Shown: positions 23,178 through 31,423, numbered from the stretch's first letter. The stretch is 32,000 nucleotides of DNA from Synechococcus sp. A15-28 (GCF_014280175.1 NZ_CP047931.1:60001-92000), one strand, 5' to 3'. Notes: generated by a model not told the origin, from the letters alone. Translations and numbers: made by a program.

Positions 23178-24356
23178 TTGAATCTTGCTGATTCAAAAAC
23201 AGCACCTTCAAAATTAACTGCAAAGCAAAAAGCAGGAGATTTTGCTAACAAGTGGTTTGAACGCAACAGATCACTTGTCCTTAGGCAAACACCCTTTTGG
23301 GCTCAAAGCCTGGCAGCAATTTTAATATCCCTCGGTACTTTGAGTATTGTTGGGGGACTTATTTTTAGAATTGACGAGGTCGTCACTGTTACAGGCCAAC
23401 TTAAGTCGATCGGTGGAACTTTTGAGGCAGAGACTCCTGCGGGAGGTCGGATATCAGATGTTTTAGTTAGTAATGGTGATATAGTGGAAGCCGGAACTAT
23501 TCTCGTCAAATTCGATACGAGAAAAGCTGCTAAAGAAAAAGCAACACTAGAGAAGCTAATAAAACTGGAAAAGCTTGAATTGGATTCTCAGCTCAAAACA
23601 TTGAATAGCCAAAAGCTCACTGTTCAGAATAAACAAAATATTTTGGTAAAAAAATTAGATACCAAAACGTTAATTGCTGACGAAATGAAAACTTTGGTTG
23701 AAGTGGGTGGATATCAAAAAATTCAGTACTTGTCACAACTAGACCAGATCTTTGAGTTGAAAGGACAGATCTCTGATATGAACCAACAAATTTCTCGTAT
23801 AGAACTTCAATCCGATCAAATTACTTTGAGATCTAAGAAATCAATTGACCAAATGAACACAAGATTAAACGAAATTAAACTTCAACTTCAATACCAAATT
23901 GTTAAGGCTCCATCTTCTGGTGTGGTTTTTGATTTGAAAGCATCAGAAGGGTCTGTTATGCAACCTGGCGAGAGGATAGTTTCTATTGTGCCTCAGAAAG
24001 GATTCTATGCTGAAATATTTGTCCCTAATCAAGACATAGGCTTTATCAAGCCAGGTCAGTCTGCAAAAGTTCGTGTAGATGCCTTCCCTTTTACCAGATA
24101 CGGTGAGATTGATGGAGAAGTCGATACTATTGGAGCAGATGCCTTAGAGCCTGATAATATAAGGGAGTATTATAAATTTCCAGTTACGCTTTCATTAACG
24201 AAAAATTATCTCGAATCGAAGGATGTTCGAATCCCCTTAAAGTCTGGCATGTCAATCACCACTAATTTAAAATTGCGTGATAAGCGAGTTATTAGCCTTT
24301 TAAGTGATCTTTTAGTCGACCAGACAGATAGCGTTAAAAGCATTCGTCAACAGTAA
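23178..24356 (+). CDS. HlyD-family type I secretion periplasmic adaptor (membrane fusion protein); TTG start in the track is uncertain
   Basis: Single N-terminal TM (SLAAILISLGTLSIVGGLIFRIDEVVTVTGQLKSIGG), long coiled coil, VKAPSSGVVFDLKASEGSVMQPGERIVSIVP lipoyl-like motif, VRVDAFPFTRYGEIDGEV. Confidence 0.9.
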   Translation: MNLADSKTAPSKLTAKQKAGDFANKWFERNRSLVLRQTPFWAQSLAAILISLGTLSIVGGLIFRIDEVVTVTGQLKSIGGTFEAETPAGGRISDVLVSNGDIVEAGTILVKFDTRKAAKEKATLEKLIKLEKLELDSQLKTLNSQKLTVQNKQNILVKKLDTKTLIADEMKTLVEVGGYQKIQYLSQLDQIFELKGQISDMNQQISRIELQSDQITLRSKKSIDQMNTRLNEIKLQLQYQIVKAPSSGVVFDLKASEGSVMQPGERIVSIVPQKGFYAEIFVPNQDIGFIKPGQSAKVRVDAFPFTRYGEIDGEVDTIGADALEPDNIREYYKFPVTLSLTKNYLESKDVRIPLKSGMSITTNLKLRDKRVISLLSDLLVDQTDSVKSIRQQ

Positions 24357-25081
24357 TGAACTCTGATTTAATTGATCCCTTGCCGCATGAGTGGATTACT
24401 TCTTCTCGATCTCAATACTTAACTACTTTTATTAATCCACTTGGTGCAATTTTAAAAGATTCAGGTGCTCTTGAGTCAGTTTTGTCTTACTGGATCGTTG
24501 ATGAAATTATATTTGAATATAATGTCAAACATAGTAATTTTAAGTTCTTGACTGATAAAAAGTCTGATCCTTTTGATCAATCGCAAAGCAATGAAGATCA
24601 AAAATATTCAAGGTTAGACACTATACTTCTTTGGTCTAAAGATAAGTGGTATCATCGTGTTGAAACATTATACCTTGAAAATAAAGATAAGTTAGATTTG
24701 ATTAGCTTTAAAATGATTAGAGTGAAGAGCAAAGAATTTGCCTACGAGATTTACCATCGTTTAAAAGCAGATGAAGCTAGCTTTGAGGAATTGTCTTTAC
24801 GCTATGGACAAGGCCCTGAAAAAAGAATCGGGGGCAAATGCAAAATCCAAACATCTGAGTCGATACCAAAAATCTTAGTAGAATCTGTCAAGAAATCATC
24901 TCAGGGTGATATTCTTAAGCCTATCCCCTATGGTAAGCAATTTGCAGTCATCGAATTTGATCAATGGCAGTCAGCCCAACTGGATGAAAAGACGGAATCA
25001 ATTCTGTTGCAAAGCGAATTTGAGAGCTGGTCAAAATCTATTATAAATTACATTTTAAATCATATCTTAATTTTAAATTGA
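24356..25081 (+). CDS. PpiC/parvulin-type peptidyl-prolyl cis-trans isomerase, no evident signal peptide
   Basis: C-terminal SFKMIRVKSKEFAYEIYHRLKADEASFEELSLRYGQGPEKRIGGKCKIQTSESIPKILVESVKKSSQGDILKPIPYGKQFAVIEFD is a rotamase-like pattern; starts within the hlyD stop (TAATG). Confidence 0.78.
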   Translation: MNSDLIDPLPHEWITSSRSQYLTTFINPLGAILKDSGALESVLSYWIVDEIIFEYNVKHSNFKFLTDKKSDPFDQSQSNEDQKYSRLDTILLWSKDKWYHRVETLYLENKDKLDLISFKMIRVKSKEFAYEIYHRLKADEASFEELSLRYGQGPEKRIGGKCKIQTSESIPKILVESVKKSSQGDILKPIPYGKQFAVIEFDQWQSAQLDEKTESILLQSEFESWSKSIINYILNHILILN

Positions 25082-25086
25082 CTATC

Positions 25087-28041
25087 ATGATTGAAGGAAT
25101 TATTAAGAAACTTTCTTCTCAGCATCCTTATGACAAGCTTGAATCTACGCAAAGAGATTTCTTATTTGCAAATTCTGAACTAGTCAGATATAGACCTGGA
25201 GAGCTTATATTGAGACCTGACGAATTACCTAGTCAATTAGTACTAGTTCTTGATGGAGCCGTAAGGTTACTCTCAAACTCGCCAACTGATGATCAAGATG
25301 TAGTTACTTTAGATATCCGCGGTTCTGGTCAGCTCATAGGTTGGTCTTCATTGTTGCGTGCAGGATCTTGTGAATGGGTTATAGCTTCTCAAGAAACTAC
25401 TGTTGTCAGGTTCGGGGCGTCAAATTTTGTTAGTACGATAATTTCCTCTCAGGTGTTTAGAGAATTCTTTGGTGAGCTTTCCAATATCCATGAATCAATT
25501 TATGTTTTACGACAAATATTTAAATCAAAGTATAAGCTTGCCGAGGGTGCTTTTAAAAACTACTCGGAAATTGTACAAAATGTTCGTGTTATCAGCCTGA
25601 TGCCAGGTTGTAAGTTTAGCTATAAAGACAGTGATTATGAATGGTTTTTAAGTACAGAAAATGTTCCTTCGTTACCCGTTGGTAGTAAAATTGATAACGG
25701 CGACGAGCTAAACGTTAAAGAAGGTTTTAATCTGCCATACAGATTGGTTGGCTTTAGCCTGAAAGTCGATAAGGGTATTGGAAATAATTTAGCTTCGCCG
25801 CATAATGCTGTTATAAATAACTTCGATCTTGAAAGTAAGCCTGGATCTTCTCTCTCTAAATTAGGGATAATTGAAAATGAATCGTTAGAGCTGGAAGATA
25901 AGTTTCCAGCCATCAAAGGCTTCGGTCCTTTGAAAGAAGCCTTGGCTGCGGTGGAAATGGTTGCACTAATGGAGAAAACACCTTTCAAAAGAGATATACT
26001 TGAAAAAATATTAGAAGAACAATTTCGCAGAAATAAGCCATTGTCTTTAGAACTTCTTGCTCGCCTTTGTGAACTTCTTGGATTAACGTGTCAAATAGGT
26101 GGAGTCAATACGAAATATATTGACAGTATTGAACTTCCCTCCCTTATGATGTATGAGGATGTTCCAATTGTTGTTTACTCATTTGTTGGTAAAAAAGCCT
26201 TAATTGGCCATCCGCATAACGGGATTACTAAGGTCGATATAGATGATTTCATAAATAAACTACCTGAGAAATGTCGCTTTGCCACCCCTAAAAGAATTGG
26301 AAGTACGCCCAGAAGTAAGTTTGGATGGAATTGGTTTACACCTCTACTCAGTAAATATAAAAAAGCTTTAACACTGGTTTTTGTTTCTTCATTGCTCGCT
26401 CAGTTGTTTGGCCTTGGTGTTCCGCTTCTAATACAACAAATTATTGATAAAGTCCTTAGTCAGGGAAATTTAAGTAGTCTCAATGTACTTGGCGGGACAA
26501 TGATAGTGCTCGCACTTTTCCAGGGTATCCTTACAGCATTGCGTACATACATATTCGTTGATACAACCGATCGGATGGATTTGACACTTGGAAGCGCAGT
26601 AATTGATCGCTTATTAGCACTCCCTCTTGGATTTTTTGAAAAAAGACCTGTAGGTGAATTAAGCCAAAGAATAGGAGAACTCAACACAATTCGCGGATTC
26701 TTGACCGGCACTGCGTTAGTAAGCGTGTTAAATATAATATTTGCTTCGTTATACTTGGTGGTCATGATAATATACTCGCCTCTTCTGACTGCAGTTAGTT
26801 TAAGCACTTTGCCTGTCTACTTTCTAATTGTTTTTGTTGTAGCCCCTATATATAAGGGTCTTATCCGAAAAAGAGCTATTGCACAAGCAAAAACTCAAAG
26901 TCATCTTATTGAGGTGCTAGGTGGTATTCAAACTGTCAAAGCGCAACACTTTGAGTTAACTGCTAGATGGAAATGGCAAGATCGCTACAGACAATTTGTC
27001 AATGAAGGCTTTAAGAGTGTTGCTCTGGGAACAACCTCAGGAGTAATAGGTTCCTTTTTGAATCAATTAAGCAGTCTATTAGTCCTATGGGTTGGAATGT
27101 GGCTTGTTCTTGAAGGAGAACTCACACTAGGTATGTTGATTGCTTTTAGAATTATAAGCGGAAATGTTACTAATCCTTTGTTGCAACTTTCTGGCCTTTA
27201 TCAAGGTTTTCAAACTGTGCAATTGGCTATGGAGCGACTTTCGGATATTTTGGATCAAAATCCTGAACTTTCTAATGAAGATGATTTAAATCAGATATCG
27301 TTGCCCCCAATTGTTGGTTCTATTAGATATGAAGATGTCTGTTTTAGGTTTGGCAAAAATGGTCCTTATCAGGTAGACAAAGTTTCTTTGTCTATTGCAG
27401 CTGGAGACTTCATCGGAATTGTGGGTCAGAGTGGTAGCGGAAAAAGTACACTTGTTAAATTACTTCCGAGGCTCTATTCTCTTAATCAAGGTAGATTGTT
27501 TATAGATGATTACGATATTGAAAAAGTCAATCTTTCGAGTTTGAGGAGGCAAATAGGAATTGTCCCCCAAGATTCACTTTTGTTTGAGGGTACTGTAGCT
27601 GATAATATAGCCTTGAATGACCCTCAAGCTACTAATGATTCAATAATTGCAGCCGCAAAAATTGCTTGTGCTCATGATTTTATTATGAGTTTAGGACAAG
27701 GTTATGCTACTCCTCTCTCTGAGAGAGGTAGTAACCTTAGTGGTGGGCAACGTCAAAGAATTGCGATAGCAAGAACTATTCTTTCAAATCCTAGACTACT
27801 TATTATGGATGAAGCTACAAGTGCACTTGATTACAATACTGAGAAACAGTTGTGTGCTAATCTTCAAAGTTGGGCTCAAGATCGTACAGTACTTTTTATT
27901 ACACATCGCCTAAGCACTATTCGTAATAGTGACCTTATTCTTGTTATGCATGAGGGAAGACTTGTTGAACAAGGCAGTCATCAGCAACTAATGGATCTTG
28001 GAGAGAGATATTGCGCATTATTTAAGCAACAAGGAAATTAA
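25087..28041 (+). CDS. type I secretion ABC exporter (HlyB-like) with N-terminal cNMP-binding-like region and degenerate C39-like domain; alternative TTG start at 25078
   Basis: TM region plus NBD: Walker A GIVGQSGSGKSTL, signature LSGGQRQRIAIARTIL, Walker B PRLLIMDEATSALD, H-loop ITHRLS; N-terminal GELILRPDELPSQLVLVLDGAVRLL...GSGQLIGWSSLL. Confidence 0.9.
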   Translation: MIEGIIKKLSSQHPYDKLESTQRDFLFANSELVRYRPGELILRPDELPSQLVLVLDGAVRLLSNSPTDDQDVVTLDIRGSGQLIGWSSLLRAGSCEWVIASQETTVVRFGASNFVSTIISSQVFREFFGELSNIHESIYVLRQIFKSKYKLAEGAFKNYSEIVQNVRVISLMPGCKFSYKDSDYEWFLSTENVPSLPVGSKIDNGDELNVKEGFNLPYRLVGFSLKVDKGIGNNLASPHNAVINNFDLESKPGSSLSKLGIIENESLELEDKFPAIKGFGPLKEALAAVEMVALMEKTPFKRDILEKILEEQFRRNKPLSLELLARLCELLGLTCQIGGVNTKYIDSIELPSLMMYEDVPIVVYSFVGKKALIGHPHNGITKVDIDDFINKLPEKCRFATPKRIGSTPRSKFGWNWFTPLLSKYKKALTLVFVSSLLAQLFGLGVPLLIQQIIDKVLSQGNLSSLNVLGGTMIVLALFQGILTALRTYIFVDTTDRMDLTLGSAVIDRLLALPLGFFEKRPVGELSQRIGELNTIRGFLTGTALVSVLNIIFASLYLVVMIIYSPLLTAVSLSTLPVYFLIVFVVAPIYKGLIRKRAIAQAKTQSHLIEVLGGIQTVKAQHFELTARWKWQDRYRQFVNEGFKSVALGTTSGVIGSFLNQLSSLLVLWVGMWLVLEGELTLGMLIAFRIISGNVTNPLLQLSGLYQGFQTVQLAMERLSDILDQNPELSNEDDLNQISLPPIVGSIRYEDVCFRFGKNGPYQVDKVSLSIAAGDFIGIVGQSGSGKSTLVKLLPRLYSLNQGRLFIDDYDIEKVNLSSLRRQIGIVPQDSLLFEGTVADNIALNDPQATNDSIIAAAKIACAHDFIMSLGQGYATPLSERGSNLSGGQRQRIAIARTILSNPRLLIMDEATSALDYNTEKQLCANLQSWAQDRTVLFITHRLSTIRNSDLILVMHEGRLVEQGSHQQLMDLGERYCALFKQQGN

Positions 28042-28259
28042 TTGACAGAAATATCCTAAGGGTTTAAAAGCTGCTATGAATAATAATGGCGTAAATCATT
28101 AATCGTTAAGGGAATTATATATAAACATGTCATTAACTTAAGGCTGATATTGATCAAGCCTGGTTGATGTTGATTGTGAAAGGTGTCTTCGAGCTGCACG
28201 TCCCACAATTCCTCGACAAGGGGATATTGAGTGATGATGAAGAGTGAAGAACAAGCAAT

Positions 28260-28290
28260 AAAACCCCCTCTCTTTCTAAGAGAGAGGGGG
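28260..28290 (-). terminator. Distal intrinsic-terminator-like hairpin (unit 1)
   Basis: CCCCCTCTCT-TTCTAAG-AGAGAGGGGG perfect 10-bp stem; minus strand follows with GGGGGTTTTATTGC. Confidence 0.75.
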
Positions 28291-28431
28291 CGAAATCAAT
28301 CAATGATTGATCAGTCTGATATTGATCAAGCCTGGTTGATGCTGATTGTGAAAGGTGTCTTCGAGCTGCACGTCCCACAATTCCTCGACAAGGGGATATT
28401 GAGTGATGATGAAGAGTGAAGAACAAGCAAT

Positions 28432-28463
28432 AAAAACCCCTCTCTGAGAAAGAGAGGAGGGGG
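28432..28463 (-). terminator. Middle intrinsic-terminator-like hairpin (unit 2)
   Basis: CCTCTCT-GAGAA-AGAGAGG stem in CCCCTCTCTGAGAAAGAGAGGAGGGGG; minus strand follows with GGGGTTTTTATTGC. Confidence 0.7.
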
Positions 28464-28604
28464 CGGAATCAATCAATGATTGATCAGTCTGATATTGATC
28501 AAGCCTGGTTGATGCTGATTGTGAAAGGTGTCTTCGAGCTGCACGTCCCACAATTCCTCGACAAGGGGATATTTAGTGATGATGAAGAGTGAAGAACAAG
28601 CAAT

Positions 28605-28636
28605 AAAAAAACCCCCTCTCTTAGAAAGAGAGGGGG
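28605..28636 (-). terminator. Gene-proximal intrinsic terminator of the RTX-like gene (unit 3)
   Basis: CCCCCTCTCT-TAGAA-AGAGAGGGGG perfect 10-bp stem; minus strand continues into seven Ts. Confidence 0.88.
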
Positions 28637-28673
28637 AGTTGTATCAATCAATGATTGATCAGGCTGATATTGA

Positions 28674-30089
28674 TCAAGCCTGGTTAATCTCGATTGTGAA
28701 GGAAGAACCTGCTCCCGCGTTAGTACTCAGACCAGTGATGGTTCCACCAATAGTGTTGGAGAACTTGGTAACGATGTCGTCGTTAGTACCACCCTGAACG
28801 AAGAGGTACACAGAGCTAGCATCGCTGCCAGTGAAGACGGCGTACTGTCCTTCGGTTGACAGCAATGCATCAACCTTAGAGATGCGATCAGAAACTGCGC
28901 TTACGCTGCTGAATGTAGCAACACCCGAGGCGATAGTTGCAGAGTTGAGGCTTGGAACACCAGCGGTTTCGGCAGAGCCAAGACCAACCATTGCGATGTT
29001 GAAGGTAACACCACCGGTTGCTCCAGTAACGTCAGTGTTGGAGAACGTGACGATGTCCATGCCATCGGCCGTTGAATCGCTGAAGTCAGCGAAGCCAATG
29101 GTTTGACCCATTGTAAAGCCGGTATCAGCCAGGTCAGAACTGAAGGTGATGCTGTCAGCACCAAGACCACCAATAACAGTACCGAAGGCACCACCAGTGG
29201 TTGCATCAATGTTGAGAGAATCAGCTCCACCACCGAGGTTGACCCGGGTGCCGGTGAATGCACCAGCAACAACGACAGAACCGGTCATGACAATTGTGTC
29301 TTGACCAGCACCACCGCCGATGGTGACGTTGGTGTCAGCGGAGAATTGGTCGTCGATAACGATGCTGTCGTTACCGGCATTGCCTTGGATCAAGGAAGAA
29401 GCAACAAGCTGACTTCCGTTCTCAATGGTGATGATGTCATTACCACCCAGGCCCTTGATGACAGCAGAACCAGCTGTGATTTTCAGACTGAGTGTGTCGT
29501 TGCCGTCGACAGTGTTATTGGTGTCATCCAACAGGATCTGCAGACTGTTCGCGTTGGCAACGCCAGAAATGGTAACGCTGTCGTTGCCGCCGCCGCCAAC
29601 GATCAGGGCAGACACCAAGTGAGCGTCGTTGTCAAACGTCATGGTGTCGTTACCGGCACCAAGAGCGATCTTTGAGGCAGAACCGGAAATGACAGCGCTA
29701 GCAATAATGCTGTCAGCTCCAGCACCACCAGCGAGAGTTCCTGCAATGACACCAGCTGAAAATGTGACGGTGTCGCTGCCGTCGCCTAATTTTGTAACAC
29801 CATCAAAGTGGGAATTGTGGCTGACGATTTTGTCGCCACCAGCACCTGCAATGATTGTAGCGTCATCGAAGTCAGCTGCACTAGCGGTGAAAACGTCGGC
29901 GCCACCAGCCAGATCAACGTAAAACGAGCTGGCGGAAGCTACAGGTCCGTCAACTACTTGAAGAGTGTCATTGCCGGCGAAGCCGTAAATTGTAGACGCG
30001 CTAACAGCTCCTGTATTTACCAGGAACAGCTCCGCGTCATCGGTCCCCGTAGCCACCTGGCCCGCGGAGTTGATCAGATAGTTAGCCAT
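28674..30089 (-). CDS. RTX-like glycine/aspartate-rich putative secreted or surface protein
   Basis: 471 aa, no Cys seen, no signal peptide, repeated dispersed motifs (GFAGNDTLQV, GDGSDTVTF, GGAGADSII, GAGNDTMTF, GGGGNDSVTI, GLGGNDIITI, GNAGNDSIVI, GGGAGQDTIVM, GGLGADSITF), C-terminus SSFTIEINQA; opposite an export operon. Confidence 0.8.
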   Translation of the reverse strand: MANYLINSAGQVATGTDDAELFLVNTGAVSASTIYGFAGNDTLQVVDGPVASASSFYVDLAGGADVFTASAADFDDATIIAGAGGDKIVSHNSHFDGVTKLGDGSDTVTFSAGVIAGTLAGGAGADSIIASAVISGSASKIALGAGNDTMTFDNDAHLVSALIVGGGGNDSVTISGVANANSLQILLDDTNNTVDGNDTLSLKITAGSAVIKGLGGNDIITIENGSQLVASSLIQGNAGNDSIVIDDQFSADTNVTIGGGAGQDTIVMTGSVVVAGAFTGTRVNLGGGADSLNIDATTGGAFGTVIGGLGADSITFSSDLADTGFTMGQTIGFADFSDSTADGMDIVTFSNTDVTGATGGVTFNIAMVGLGSAETAGVPSLNSATIASGVATFSSVSAVSDRISKVDALLSTEGQYAVFTGSDASSVYLFVQGGTNDDIVTKFSNTIGGTITGLSTNAGAGSSFTIEINQA

Positions 30090-30133
30090 GAGAAGAGGAG
30101 AGGGTGATCAATTTTTGAGACACCGCAGTGAAT

Positions 30134-31423
30134 CTATGCGGGTGGCCTACACATGTCAACGGATATATGGCCAGATGCAGATGAGACACACCCTGGTTTG
30201 CTGGAAGGAGGGCAAAAAGGCTCGGATATAGTACAATTATACTTGTTATAAATGTTATTTACAAGTTTTTTCCATCTTTTCAGGCATGATTTAATTGAAT
30301 AGGTATCATTAGAGGGGCGTATTCGCTCACTATCTTTGTAACTTTCTTCTTTTATTAATTTGACGACAGAACTAGCTAATTCACCTGGTTTTCGGTGGTC
30401 GATTCTAACCACATTTTCAAAACTTCTTGTAAATTCTGTCACTGGCTTAACATCACTTACGATCATCGGATTATTAATATATAAACTTTCAACTAAACTC
30501 CAGCTCGCTACAAATGGATGCGTTAGGTAAATATGACACCATGAAGATCGCAACCAATTTCTATATGCATCTCCTTGCAAAAAACCAACCCAATTTACAT
30601 TGTTGCTAATATTATGTTTTTCTAGATACATTTCAGCCCAGTTTTTCCAGGTACCTTCTACCGGTTTCATACCTCCGTAGCTGCATCTATCATTACCTGC
30701 AATTTCAATAGTGACTGAAGGCACCTTTTTTACAATCTCGGGGATTTCCCTTATAAATTGCGGAAAACATCTCATCGGTTCCATGCCTCTTGTACCGTAA
30801 GTGATCTTTGGCGTTTCTGATATAAATTTTTGGTCGTTTTGAAAATAATCTGTGTCAACCCCGTCAAAAATGACTTGGCATTTTTCTGCAAAAATCTTCG
30901 GAAGTTGCTCCATCTGCCACAAGGTAGGAGCCACTATATTGTCTGCATGAGAAAGTTCTAGAGCTATATTTTTGTTTCTCAGCCAATATTTACGGACAGC
31001 ATCTTCGCCTATCCTTAATTCCTTATTGGTGTTATCATACCAAAAAAAATCTGACTCCTGATTAAACCACCATTCTAAATAACTTATTTGTTTGCATTTC
31101 GGCCATATTTCTTTGATGTGTAATCCGCAACCCCAAGCAGAATGAGAAATTACGATATCAGGGTAATAATTTTTTTCTTTTAATTTTACAAATGCGGTGC
31201 GATACATTTCACCCATCTTGTCTGCACGTTCAGTAAGTCCAAGACTTTGATTTTCCAAGGTCTCGTGGCTCAGGCTGCCTTTCAAACATATGCGATCGAC
31301 TCCCTTGAGTCTTCTTCCAAAGTGCGTCTGGCATAGAAATTTAATTTCATTCTTTTCTGCGAAGTATTTTGCGACATGTTTGAACTGACCTGGAAAATTT
31401 GGGTGAAGGAAAAGAATTTTCAT
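30134..31423 (-). CDS. glycosyltransferase family 4-like protein (MKILFLHPNFPG start at 31423)
   Basis: MKILFLHPNFPGQFKHVAKYFAEKN, VIFDGVDTDYF, SLYINNPMIVSDVKPVTEF; GT-B pattern. Confidence 0.82.
   Translation of the reverse strand: MKILFLHPNFPGQFKHVAKYFAEKNEIKFLCQTHFGRRLKGVDRICLKGSLSHETLENQSLGLTERADKMGEMYRTAFVKLKEKNYYPDIVISHSAWGCGLHIKEIWPKCKQISYLEWWFNQESDFFWYDNTNKELRIGEDAVRKYWLRNKNIALELSHADNIVAPTLWQMEQLPKIFAEKCQVIFDGVDTDYFQNDQKFISETPKITYGTRGMEPMRCFPQFIREIPEIVKKVPSVTIEIAGNDRCSYGGMKPVEGTWKNWAEMYLEKHNISNNVNWVGFLQGDAYRNWLRSSWCHIYLTHPFVASWSLVESLYINNPMIVSDVKPVTEFTRSFENVVRIDHRKPGELASSVVKLIKEESYKDSERIRPSNDTYSIKSCLKRWKKLVNNIYNKYNCTISEPFCPPSSKPGCVSSASGHISVDMCRPPA

Larger units (their letters stand above)
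28142..28700. repeat. Tandem direct-repeat array: three ~172/173/175-bp units plus a partial fourth copy that overlaps the 3' end of the RTX-like gene
   Basis: CTGATATTGATCAAGCCTGGTT recurs at 28144, 28316, 28489 and 28664 (the last with TGGTTAATC). Shared downstream block GATTGTGAAAGGTGTCTTCGAGCTGCACGTCCCACAATTCCTCGACAAGGGGATATT[G/T]AGTGATGATGAAGAGTGAAGAACAAGCAATAAAA is near-identical in three units. Confidence 0.97.

Noticed and set aside
28142-28700. CRISPR array
   Set aside because: Units are ~173 bp, near-identical throughout and only about three in number; no short repeat/unique spacer pattern and no cas genes.
28660-28720. Diversity-generating retroelement (template repeat downstream of a variable 3' gene end)
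   Set aside because: Homology between gene end and repeats is only ~27 nt, the differences are not confined to template adenines (C-to-G and C-to-T changes occur), and no reverse transcriptase is present in the window.
28800-29922. Plus-strand ORFs antisense to the RTX-like gene (28831, 29103, 29425, 29629)
   Set aside because: Low-complexity shadow frames created by the repetitive coding pattern of the minus-strand gene; no recognisable domains.
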